Source: Spirochaetia bacterium (GTDB taxonomy: Bacteria > Spirochaetota > Spirochaetia > UBA9216). From it: a DNA stretch of 64,000 bases. The number at the start of each line of letters is the position of its first letter. Position 1 is the first letter of the stretch. Below are positions 39,090 through 48,220 of this stretch, one piece after another. A program made the translations under genes and the position numbers. The stretch covers positions 1,312,001 through 1,376,000 of the forward strand of contig OY776510.1 of the NCBI GenBank assembly GCA_963675665.1. The letters are read 5' to 3'. The notes below the pieces were generated by a model. It had not been told where the DNA came from and did no database searches. It was given only the letters and a program-made list of their open reading frames with translations.

Positions 39090-39713
39090 ATGAGTGATAT
39101 TTTTGAAACAATAGGCAGAATAAAACTGGTGCCGGTTGTCAAGATAGATGATGCAAAGGATGCTCCGGCATTGGGCAAAGCTTTATGCGACGGAGGGCTT
39201 CCGATTGCCGAGGTTACTTTCAGAACGGCAGCCGCAGAAGAGGCTATCAGGCTGATGGTGAAAGAAAACAGCGGGATGCTTATCGGAGCAGGTACCGTGC
39301 TGACTGTTGAAAACGCAAAAAAAGCGATTGATGCAGGAGCCGCGTTTATAGTGTCTCCGGGCTTCAATCCTGAAGTTGTAGATTTTTGTATTTCCCAGGG
39401 AATGCCGGTAACTCCGGGAGTTACAAACCCAACCCAGGTCGAGATGGGGTTGTCAAGAGGTTTAAAGGTTTTAAAGTTCTTTCCTGCTGAAGCCGCAGGC
39501 GGATTGAAGATGCTGAAGGCAATGGGAGCCGTATACGATGTGAAATTTATGCCTACAGGCGGAATTAACGCATCCAATTTGAAAGAATACCTGGCATATG
39601 ATAAAATACTTGCCTGTGGTGGAAGCTGGATGGTTAAAGCCGATCTGATCTCATCAGGGAACTTTGCCGAGATTACCAGACTGACTAAAGAGGCAATGGA
39701 ACTGACAAAGTAG
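39090..39713 (+). CDS. eda: KDPG/KHG aldolase
   Basis: EVTFRT, GAGTV, FIVSPG, LKFFPAE and MPTGGI motifs. Confidence 0.95.
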   Translation: MSDIFETIGRIKLVPVVKIDDAKDAPALGKALCDGGLPIAEVTFRTAAAEEAIRLMVKENSGMLIGAGTVLTVENAKKAIDAGAAFIVSPGFNPEVVDFCISQGMPVTPGVTNPTQVEMGLSRGLKVLKFFPAEAAGGLKMLKAMGAVYDVKFMPTGGINASNLKEYLAYDKILACGGSWMVKADLISSGNFAEITRLTKEAMELTK

Positions 39714-39815
39714 CTAATAAACAAGTCTGCATTTTTTCTGAATGAATAAGATGCAGACTCCCAAGGGCCGATGTTGTTTATACAGGCAGTGTCGGCTTTG
39801 AAAGGAAGGTCCGGT

Positions 39816-40577
39816 ATGCTTAAAGAGCTTGCTGATAAATCGATCGATAAAAGTATTCCCATTCCGCTTTATTTTCAATTGAAAGAAATACTGCTCGGTT
39901 ATCTGGAAACCCTTGAGGACGGGGACATAATTCCGACTGAAGTAGATCTTTGCAAGCATTTCGATATCAGCCGCCCGACCGTCCGTCAGGCAATCAATGA
40001 GCTTGTAACCGAAGGCCAGATAGTGCGCCGGAAGGGCAAAGGCTCGTTTGTTTCCCGAAGCAAAATTAAGCAGGATTTTCTTCTTGTCCTTGAAAGTTTC
40101 AATACAGAGATGGCTGAAAAAGGTCTGACGCCTGAAACAAAACTGGTGAGTATAAAGATCCGGGGCGCCAGCGCGCGCGCGGCTGAAGTTTTCGGCATCA
40201 ACACGGGAGATGATCTTGTATTCATCAGCAGGCTGCGATCGATCAATAATGAGCCCATTGTACTTGTAAATACATGGCTTCCGGCGGATCGTTTTGCATC
40301 CATACTGAACTTTGATATGGAACACGAATCACTCTATGAAGTTATGGAAAATGAATTCGGTTGCGTTCTGACTAATACCAAGAGGTACCTGGAAGCGCGG
40401 CTCGCAGGCGATTTTGAGGCTGAAAAACTGGAAATCTCTGTTGGCGATCCCGTCCAGTTTATCGAAACAATTGCCACGGAAGGCGATGATATTCCCGTAG
40501 AATTTTCCCTTGCATATTACCGCGGAGATCGAAACCGGTTTGCCCTTGAGGTCAGCAGGCGCGGGGTGCCGGTCTGA
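39816..40577 (+). CDS. GntR family regulator, HutC/UTRA subfamily
   Basis: PLYFQLKE..PTE..L...F.ISR.TVRQAI..L...G...R.KGKGSFV, followed by a UTRA domain ending YRGDR. Confidence 0.92.
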   Translation: MLKELADKSIDKSIPIPLYFQLKEILLGYLETLEDGDIIPTEVDLCKHFDISRPTVRQAINELVTEGQIVRRKGKGSFVSRSKIKQDFLLVLESFNTEMAEKGLTPETKLVSIKIRGASARAAEVFGINTGDDLVFISRLRSINNEPIVLVNTWLPADRFASILNFDMEHESLYEVMENEFGCVLTNTKRYLEARLAGDFEAEKLEISVGDPVQFIETIATEGDDIPVEFSLAYYRGDRNRFALEVSRRGVPV

Positions 40578-40609
40578 GAGCTGATATACAGGGTATTTCA
40601 GATTATGGG

Positions 40610-40639
40610 GATCTCTAAAAACTGCAGTTTTTAGAGATC
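40610..40639. repeat. Perfect 30-bp palindrome (Treponema-type REP-like) between convergent genes
   Basis: GATCTCTAAAAACTG|CAGTTTTTAGAGATC. Confidence 0.75.
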
Positions 40640-40653
40640 TTCCTTAGATTATT

Positions 40654-42012
40654 TTATTCGAGCTTTACCTTTTCCCAGATCGGTTCCAGTTCTCCGGATG
40701 TTTTCTGCAGCGCATCTTTTACATCGGATTTTATCAGATCCAGGAATTCCCTTCTGCTCATGCCTTTATGCGACGCATCGTTGAAAACCATCGGCTCTCC
40801 CGCAAGAATGACTGCATGCTGTCCCGATGGAGTATTATGTCTGCTGATATCTCCGCCGGAGGCCCTGTTAACCACATCAAGAAGGTTGAGAACAAACTCG
40901 CAGCCTCGTCCCGCAGAAAACGGCGGATCTATATATGACGTATGAATGTATTCCAGCACATCGAATATCCTTTCGTAACGGATAGATACTTCGGCTTTCA
41001 TCGCATTGAAATCCAGCAGCGCGCGTTGCAGCGGAGGCAGCGATGCAGGATCTGTTTTTTCGGGGTAGAATGCGTCCGATCCCGCGTACCTTACCCTGAA
41101 CAATCTGTCCATCGCGGTTCCGTCAGGCGGCAGGCCCGCAGCTTTTTCGGCGGCGGCAAGAAGAGCATCACAAAGATGTTTAATCCTTTCATCGATTTCT
41201 GCCGGCCCGGGTTTTTCTGTTTTCTGCGGCGCCGGAATACCGCAAAGGGGTTCAATAACTGATATCGTTTTATTGGCCGCATCTATAAGCAGATCATGCA
41301 GCTTGCCTGATTCGCGGTTTTCAAGCCGGAAGCCGGTCAAGTCTTCCCACAGCGAAAGTTTATTTCTGATGAAAGCTTCAGGGTCAGGGCCGTAACTGTA
41401 ACCGAGCGAAAGCGGTACAACGGCAACCGGCTTCCCGCTTTCAAGCCCCCACCTGACAAGAGATGAGATTCCGGGTGCAATTTCGAAAGTTCTGTACATG
41501 TGGTAAACAATCTGTTCTTCGGGAGCAAGTATGACTGGAAATCGTCCGTTTTTCATTTCACTGCGCAGGATATGCAGGGCTTGACGGTTGCTGCTCCGGT
41601 TCTGTACAGGTATTGCGCCTATTCGCGGGAAAAGCCAGATGGTTATTTTTCCGGCCCAGTTGGGCACGTCTCTGCCATACAGAAAACGCACATGGCTCAG
41701 GTTGCGCCCTTTTTCGATTTTTCTCCTGAGGGCGTTATTGAAACTGTACATCAGCACCGAAGGGTCTTCTTTTGCGGCATGTCTGAATACAAAAACCAGG
41801 CGGTGTTCGCCGTTATAAAACCCTTTTATTGCATCAATTATCCGTTCTTCGTGAATAAAACTTACTTTTGAAACGCCTTCGACAAACCGAAGGTAGATTC
41901 CGCTGACAATTATCATGAACCTCCGGACCGGCGCAGAAAAATGAGGCGCAAGAAAACCACGGCCTTTTACTGCCCGCCGGATATAAATTCTGTTTCGGGT
42001 TTTTCCGGTCAT
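40654..42012 (-). CDS. Putative phospholipid/glycerol acyltransferase
   Basis: HAAKED (HX4D) and LAPEEQ acyltransferase-like blocks. Confidence 0.6.
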   Translation of the reverse strand: MTGKTRNRIYIRRAVKGRGFLAPHFSAPVRRFMIIVSGIYLRFVEGVSKVSFIHEERIIDAIKGFYNGEHRLVFVFRHAAKEDPSVLMYSFNNALRRKIEKGRNLSHVRFLYGRDVPNWAGKITIWLFPRIGAIPVQNRSSNRQALHILRSEMKNGRFPVILAPEEQIVYHMYRTFEIAPGISSLVRWGLESGKPVAVVPLSLGYSYGPDPEAFIRNKLSLWEDLTGFRLENRESGKLHDLLIDAANKTISVIEPLCGIPAPQKTEKPGPAEIDERIKHLCDALLAAAEKAAGLPPDGTAMDRLFRVRYAGSDAFYPEKTDPASLPPLQRALLDFNAMKAEVSIRYERIFDVLEYIHTSYIDPPFSAGRGCEFVLNLLDVVNRASGGDISRHNTPSGQHAVILAGEPMVFNDASHKGMSRREFLDLIKSDVKDALQKTSGELEPIWEKVKLE

Positions 42013-43349
42013 CAGCTATTTATATTCCCTGCCTCAGCAATCATTCGGTCGTAATAAGCCTTGCTTATCGGGTAGAAAGACAGGATCACCATTCCGGTTA
42101 TGTAAAACAGCGCCGGCGCCGGGCCGCATATTAATTTTATACCGGTAATTGTTTCTCTGGTGAGCTCGGTATTCGGGTTGTAATTGAAGACTGCAAGAAC
42201 CCAGCCGTTAAGCGCCAGCGCAATTGCCTGGCCTATCTTGCTGAGAAATGTCCACAGGCTGGAAAAAACCCCTTCCCGTCTTATTCCTTCATGATGGACC
42301 GAATCGTGTTCGACAACATCAGGAAGAATCGAGTGAGGAATTACATAATGCGTCGACAGGCCTGTTCCGGCTATTCCCATGATAACCACAGCTCCCCATA
42401 CGCCTAAAGCTTCGCCTGCAAGTGAAAAACCAAGCACTCCCGCCGTCATTATTCCCATTCCCGCTATATAACACCATTTTTTTCCGATTTTCTGTGAAAT
42501 TTTCACCCATATCGGTATAAAGGCCAGGCTTGTTACAAGAAGGGCCACCAGCGCTATCTGAAACATTCCCTCGTCCTTGAATATATACTTGAAATAATAC
42601 AGAAGAGCGCCCTGGACCATTGAAGTGCCGAGTATGAAAAGCGACCACGGAACAAGCGCAAGCAGGAAGACCTTATTCGTCAGGGCCTGGGCATAGGTTT
42701 TAAAGAACCCTTCGCCGCCCTGTGGTTCGGGATGCCCGGGTTCTCTGACCGCCCAGATAGTGATCATGCTTGTAACCAGCATTATCAGGCCGGCAAGATA
42801 ACCCATGAATTCCCAGCCTGTTTCGGGCATGCTGAAGATGCCGGTAATCGGCATTACTGCCCCGGCTCCGACAAAGGTGCCGAGAACTGCAAAGCTCATA
42901 CGGTACCCGGTCAGAATAGTCCGCTGATCAAAATCTTGGGAAAGTTCAGGCAGCAGTGCCGCGTAGGGTATGTTTACAAGGGTATAAGCAGTATTGAGAA
43001 GACAGTAAACAAGAGTAAAATAGATAAACAACTGTGTCTGACTGTTGAATCCCGGGGTGGTGAACATCAGGCCCATTAAAACAAGGGCCCCGATTGAGCC
43101 GACAAACATATAGGGCCTTCTTCGGCCCCAACGTGTTCTTGTCCGGTCGGAAAGATACCCTGTAGCAGGATCGGTTACGGCGTCCCATATTTTACCGATC
43201 ATTAAAACAGTTCCGGCCAGGGCGGGCGCCAGGCCTGCAATATCAGTAAGATAAAAAAGGAGATAGAAACCTATCATGGTGAAAAACAGGTTTCCTCCCA
43301 GGTCGCCTATCCCGAAACCAAGTTTGATCCTTTTGCCCAGTTTTTCCAT
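42012..43349 (-). CDS. GPH-family (MelB/UidB-like) MFS sugar:cation symporter
   Basis: IWDAVTDP..GYLSDRTRTRWGRRRP, NIPY.AL and RREG.F motifs; about 12 transmembrane segments. Confidence 0.92.
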   Translation of the reverse strand: MEKLGKRIKLGFGIGDLGGNLFFTMIGFYLLFYLTDIAGLAPALAGTVLMIGKIWDAVTDPATGYLSDRTRTRWGRRRPYMFVGSIGALVLMGLMFTTPGFNSQTQLFIYFTLVYCLLNTAYTLVNIPYAALLPELSQDFDQRTILTGYRMSFAVLGTFVGAGAVMPITGIFSMPETGWEFMGYLAGLIMLVTSMITIWAVREPGHPEPQGGEGFFKTYAQALTNKVFLLALVPWSLFILGTSMVQGALLYYFKYIFKDEGMFQIALVALLVTSLAFIPIWVKISQKIGKKWCYIAGMGIMTAGVLGFSLAGEALGVWGAVVIMGIAGTGLSTHYVIPHSILPDVVEHDSVHHEGIRREGVFSSLWTFLSKIGQAIALALNGWVLAVFNYNPNTELTRETITGIKLICGPAPALFYITGMVILSFYPISKAYYDRMIAEAGNINS

Positions 43350-43453
43350 CGGATTCTCCCTGTTTGAAAGTATGGAATATTGTAAGGGGTAAGTGCCGTA
43401 AACACAAATAAAAAAGACTGATTAAACTGTTGTTGATAAACCTGAGTGGAATT

Positions 43454-43477
43454 AGTTAATAAAACAGTTTACAAAAC
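43454..43477. promoter_or_regulatory. Putative ROK (XylR-like) operator, copy 1
   Basis: AGTTAATAAAACAGTTTACAAAAC; 18/24 identical to the site at 44767. Confidence 0.5.
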
Positions 43478-43505
43478 ATATTTGTCATGCTAAGATTCAA
43501 TCCTC

Positions 43506-44735
43506 ATGGATAAAACGCAACGGCTATCGCTAAAACAGAACAACAGAAAAATCGTCCTGGATATGTTCAGGAAAGCTTCCGTTCTCTCCGTTGCTGATGT
43601 CAGCATAAAAACAGGCATCAGCAAACCGACGATACAGAAAGTAATAAATCATTTTATGGAATCAGGATTTATTATTCCTGAAGGTAAAGGGAGTTCCACC
43701 GATGAAGGAGGAAAAAAGCCTCTTCTGTACAGTTTTAACAGGTTGTATGGTTACGTGATTGCTATTCACGTCGGTCCGGATTTTTTGTATTCCGCAATAA
43801 TAGATATGAAATCTGAGATTCTTCACAGCGATTTTCAACAGCTCGGCGATATCGGTATTGAAGAAGTGACCCGGATGTGCGCCGAAGTAATAACGAACTA
43901 TTCTGAAGATGAAAAAGTTTCCGCCGGCAGATTAATTTCTGTTACTATTGCATTGCCCGGTGTTGTAGATCCGGCAACCGGATGTCTTGTGGTTACTCCC
44001 CACTTTCACAACTGGGGGAATAATTTCCCTTTTGTTTCAGAACTGAAAAAACTTGTTTCGTTATCCGTACCTGTTCAATGCGACAATATTAACAGATACC
44101 AGGCTTTTGCTGAAATGAAAGCCGGCAAGGCAATCGGCAAAAGAAATTTCATGATAATTGATGCAATGGAAGAAGGTTTGGGAAGCGGGATAGTAGTTAA
44201 CGGAGAGCTCAAACACGGGGCCCAGAATTTCTCCGGTGAAGTTGGCCATATGTTGCTGATGCCTATCAGCGGTCCGAAATGTATCTGCGGCGGCAAGGGT
44301 TGTTTTGAGGCCCTTGTAAGTTTGAAAAGAATTGGAGCGTTGATAGAAGAAGGCCGTAAACGGCATAAGGATTCATTAATTTTTGGAGATGAGAATAAAA
44401 ACACTCTTCTCGAGCGGCTTTTCAATGCGTTTGAAAATGAAGATGAGTTTGCCGCGGTCATCATGGATGAAATAGCGTTCTGGTTTGCTTCAGGCATTAA
44501 TAATGTTGTTTTGATAAATGATCCTGAGTTGATCATACTTGAGGGAATATACAATGTTGTCGGAGACAGATTTATAGAGCTTGTTAAATATCATCTTGAC
44601 AGGGTTGCCTATCCCGGAATAAAGCGCTCGGTTCAGATAGAATTTTCTGCCTTTGGTCCGGAGCGGGGCATTCTTGGGGCCGGAACATATGCGATCTGGT
44701 TATTCTTTAATCAGCCTGAATTCTATTCGGATTGA
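43506..44735 (+). CDS. ROK family transcriptional repressor
   Basis: N-terminal HTH, GGKKP, GLGSG, GEVGH and C.CG.KGCFE motifs. Confidence 0.93.
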   Translation: MDKTQRLSLKQNNRKIVLDMFRKASVLSVADVSIKTGISKPTIQKVINHFMESGFIIPEGKGSSTDEGGKKPLLYSFNRLYGYVIAIHVGPDFLYSAIIDMKSEILHSDFQQLGDIGIEEVTRMCAEVITNYSEDEKVSAGRLISVTIALPGVVDPATGCLVVTPHFHNWGNNFPFVSELKKLVSLSVPVQCDNINRYQAFAEMKAGKAIGKRNFMIIDAMEEGLGSGIVVNGELKHGAQNFSGEVGHMLLMPISGPKCICGGKGCFEALVSLKRIGALIEEGRKRHKDSLIFGDENKNTLLERLFNAFENEDEFAAVIMDEIAFWFASGINNVVLINDPELIILEGIYNVVGDRFIELVKYHLDRVAYPGIKRSVQIEFSAFGPERGILGAGTYAIWLFFNQPEFYSD

Positions 44736-44766
44736 TTTTTAAGCTAATGGCTTTTAAAATTTCATC

Positions 44767-44790
44767 AGTTATTAAAACGGTTTGTAAAGT
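44767..44790. promoter_or_regulatory. Putative ROK operator, copy 2
   Basis: AGTTATTAAAACGGTTTGTAAAGT, upstream of the catabolic operon. Confidence 0.5.
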
Positions 44791-44829
44791 CTTAAACATA
44801 TTTTCTATCCAGGAAGCAAGGAGTTATAT

Positions 44830-45624
44830 ATGGAACTGGGATTGAAAGGAAAACAGGTTTTTATTTCGGGCGGAAGCGTCGGAATCGGTCTGGCAGTTGC
44901 CAGGGCATTTGCCCGTGAAGGTGCAGAGGTAGCAATCGGGGCAAGGAACAAAGAGCGTGTTGAAGCGGAAGCTGCAAAGATAGCTGAAGATTTTGGAGTG
45001 AGAACTCTTGGTATTTCGGTAGATGTTTCAAAAGCTGATGCAATCGAGGCTGCACGAAAGATAATAGAGAAAGAGTTCGGAGGTATCGATATTCTGATCA
45101 ATAATGCAGGAACCGGCACCGAAGAAACGGTAATGGATTCAACCGACGAGAAATGGTACGCCGTCTGGGACCTTCATGTTATGAGTACCGTCCGTACGGC
45201 CCGCGCATTCGTGCCCTATATGCGGAAACGCGGCGGCGGAGTAATTCTTAATACAGCAAGTATCTGTGCTACCCAGCCTCTCTGGTATGAACCGATTTAC
45301 AATACGACAAAGGCTGCTTTGCTGATGCTGGGTAAATGCATGGCTAATGAATTTATAGCCGATAACATCAGGGTTAATACAATGAGCCCCGGTCTTGTCC
45401 TTACGCCGGACTGGTGGAAGACCGCCGGAATTCTGGCTGAAAAGGAAGGTACAACGGCAAAGGATTACCTCGACGGAGTTGCAAAGCAGTATTCAAAGAA
45501 TGAAAGGTTCGCAAGCCCTGAAGAAATTGCGGAGTATTATGTGTTTCTTGCCTCCGACTGCGGAAAATACAGTGTGGGTTCAAACTATTATGTCGACGGC
45601 GGCTGGCTTGGCGGCGTTCGTTAA
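44830..45624 (+). CDS. SDR family oxidoreductase
   Basis: SGGSVGIG, NNAG, YNTTK and VDGG motifs. Confidence 0.92.
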   Translation: MELGLKGKQVFISGGSVGIGLAVARAFAREGAEVAIGARNKERVEAEAAKIAEDFGVRTLGISVDVSKADAIEAARKIIEKEFGGIDILINNAGTGTEETVMDSTDEKWYAVWDLHVMSTVRTARAFVPYMRKRGGGVILNTASICATQPLWYEPIYNTTKAALLMLGKCMANEFIADNIRVNTMSPGLVLTPDWWKTAGILAEKEGTTAKDYLDGVAKQYSKNERFASPEEIAEYYVFLASDCGKYSVGSNYYVDGGWLGGVR

Positions 45625-45720
45625 ACAGCCTCCATGCTGAAGCAAAACATCTGCAGCGAAGCGAAGCCGTTTTGTTTCAGTGCAGGTGTTCGCGGGATTA
45701 AATTATTAACAGGAGATTAT

Positions 45721-46761
45721 ATGGGTGAAAAGATGAAACAGGCTGTAATGACAGCCCCGAAAACAATAGAATTTGTACAGGTTGATATACCTTCTCCGGG
45801 GCCGGGAGAGGTACAGATTAACATCAAACGAATAGGTGTCTGCGGCAGCGATATACATGTTTATCACGGGCTGCATCCATATACAAGTTACCCGATCGTG
45901 CAGGGACATGAAACTGCCGGTGAGGTAACAGCGGTAGGCGCAGGCGTTACCTCTTTTAAACCGGGAGACAAGGTTACGCCTGAACCCCAGGTTTTCTGCG
46001 GAAAATGCTGGCCCTGCACGCATGGTCTATACAATATCTGCAATGAGCTCAAGGTTATCGGTTTTCAGACAAACGGAACAGCATGCGACTACTTTACATA
46101 TCCGGCTGACTGTCTGGTAAAGCTTCCCGACGATATGAGTTATGAGCAGGGCGCCATGATTGAGCCCCTGTCCGTTGCAGTTCGTGCGGTTAAGAAAGCC
46201 GGTGATATAAAAGGCAAGGATGTCCTGGTTATGGGTGCAGGTCCGATAGGAAACCTTGTGGCGCAGACAGCAAAAGGGGTCGGGGCTTCGTCGGTTATGG
46301 CTGCTGACATTAACAGTTTCAGGCTGGAGAAGGCGGCGGAATGCGGTATTGATTATACGGTTAATCCCTCAAAGGAGGATCTCGGGAAAAAGCTTAAAGA
46401 ACTTTTTAGTGAAGAAAAGATGGCTGATGTCATTTTTGAATGTACCGGTGTTCAGCCCGGGCTTGAAGCTGTTATTTCCAATGCCCGAAAAGGAACCGAT
46501 ATTGTGGTTGTCGCTGTATACGGCAAACCTCCCACGGTGGATATGGCGCTTGTAAATGAAGCGGAACTCAGGCTTATCGGAACAGCCCGTTATAACATAG
46601 ATGATTTTCGCACTGCCATCGGTTTGGTAAATGACGGAAAAGTCCGGCTTGCTCCGCTGGTAACCGACACCTTTGATTTTGCCGAATATGACGCAGCCTA
46701 CAGGAAGATTGAAAACAGCCCTGAGACGACTATGAAAGTTATGATAAAGGTCAACGATTGA
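45721..46761 (+). CDS. Zn-dependent sugar/polyol dehydrogenase
   Basis: CGSD, GHE, CGKCWPC...C and GAGPIG motifs; start at the ATG at 45721 after AGGAG. Confidence 0.9.
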   Translation: MGEKMKQAVMTAPKTIEFVQVDIPSPGPGEVQINIKRIGVCGSDIHVYHGLHPYTSYPIVQGHETAGEVTAVGAGVTSFKPGDKVTPEPQVFCGKCWPCTHGLYNICNELKVIGFQTNGTACDYFTYPADCLVKLPDDMSYEQGAMIEPLSVAVRAVKKAGDIKGKDVLVMGAGPIGNLVAQTAKGVGASSVMAADINSFRLEKAAECGIDYTVNPSKEDLGKKLKELFSEEKMADVIFECTGVQPGLEAVISNARKGTDIVVVAVYGKPPTVDMALVNEAELRLIGTARYNIDDFRTAIGLVNDGKVRLAPLVTDTFDFAEYDAAYRKIENSPETTMKVMIKVND

Positions 46762-46768
46762 TCAGGAG

Positions 46769-48211
46769 ATGATAATGAAAAAACTGGTTCTGAAAATCGG
46801 TTTAATGGGCGGCGTCCATCCTAATATGCCGGGTGACGACGTCGGTTTGTATAAAAACATTGTAAGCAGTATGTCCGTCATGGCTGATCAGCAGGGCTTT
46901 GAACTTGTAACGGTTTCCGATCCGGTAAAATCAGAGGCTGATGCAAATGCTGCTGTGGCCAGAATGAATGCAGAAGCGGTTGATATTACCGTCTTCTTCA
47001 GCGCGTCTCTGCCTTATGGGCGTACGGCCATGCCGTTGCCGCGGCTTGAATCGGCAATCGGGCTATGGGCTGTGCCCGAGCCTGTTAATGACGGAGTGCT
47101 GCAGCTGAATTCATTTTGCGGCTTGAACATGTTCGGCTCAATACTCAGAAATTATTTCAGCGCCGAAGATATTAAATACAAGTGGTTTTACGGACTGCCC
47201 GACTCGGAAATGTTTCAGAACCGTTTTAAGGTGACCCTGGCTGCGATAAGGGCCGTAAAAAAATTGAAGGAATCAAGAATCGGGCAGATCGGCGATCTTG
47301 CCGACGGGTTTGAGAACCTGTATGTGGATGAGCGAGAATTGAACCACAGGTTCGGGACGTATATTCAATCAAGGCATACAGTTGAGGATATTGTGCGGAG
47401 AGCGGAGTCCTATAAAACGGATGAGCTTGAGCAGCTTGCTTCGACGGTAAGGCAGGAGGGAAACTGGAACAAAGACAGGGTAGGCAGTCTTGAATTTGAG
47501 AAATTCGTAAGGCTTAACCGGGCTTTTTTCGACTTTGCAGATGAGTATGATTACAACGCGCTTGCAATCAGCTGCTGGAGCAAGTTTCAGGAAGTTTATG
47601 ATATTGCCGTATGCGGTGCCCTGAGCAGGCTTAATAACAACGGAATAGTAGCGCCGTGTGAGGCCGATGTCAGCAGCGCGGTCGGTATGCTGATTCTTAA
47701 CGCTCTGAACGGGGAGGCGTCATCACTGAATGATATGGTGGCCCTTGATGAGAAGGATAACAGCGTAAACCTATGGCATTGCGGTGTTGCCGCAGGCTGC
47801 TGGGCGAATACGGCGGGAGTTTCCTGGGATTCCCATTTCAACATAGGTGAATATAAGGGTGCCAAATGGCAGGGCAGAGGTGTTGTTGCCGATATGCAGT
47901 TTAAGCCGGGAGCCGTTACTGTTTTTAACATGCAGAATTCATTTGACAACCTTTTTATTTTGACCGGAGAAATAATGCCTGATAAAAAGGGATATGCAGG
48001 CTCCGGGGGATGGATGAATAATCTGAAAATCAATGATCAGGATGTGAATATTGCCGAGCTTATAAATACAATCAGCATTGGAAAGGTAAATCATCATTAT
48101 CCCGCAGCCTTCGGCAACCTGACTGCTGAACTGAACGAGTTTGCATTCTGGAAAGACTTGAATGTGCTTGGGAAAATTTCATATAAAAATTATATGCAAA
48201 AATTTCTTTAG
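46769..48211 (+). CDS. L-fucose/L-arabinose isomerase family protein
   Basis: NSFCG, CW..FQ, CEAD, LWHCG and HHY motifs. Confidence 0.8.
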   Translation: MIMKKLVLKIGLMGGVHPNMPGDDVGLYKNIVSSMSVMADQQGFELVTVSDPVKSEADANAAVARMNAEAVDITVFFSASLPYGRTAMPLPRLESAIGLWAVPEPVNDGVLQLNSFCGLNMFGSILRNYFSAEDIKYKWFYGLPDSEMFQNRFKVTLAAIRAVKKLKESRIGQIGDLADGFENLYVDERELNHRFGTYIQSRHTVEDIVRRAESYKTDELEQLASTVRQEGNWNKDRVGSLEFEKFVRLNRAFFDFADEYDYNALAISCWSKFQEVYDIAVCGALSRLNNNGIVAPCEADVSSAVGMLILNALNGEASSLNDMVALDEKDNSVNLWHCGVAAGCWANTAGVSWDSHFNIGEYKGAKWQGRGVVADMQFKPGAVTVFNMQNSFDNLFILTGEIMPDKKGYAGSGGWMNNLKINDQDVNIAELINTISIGKVNHHYPAAFGNLTAELNEFAFWKDLNVLGKISYKNYMQKFL

Positions 48212-48220
48212 GTGGTAAAT

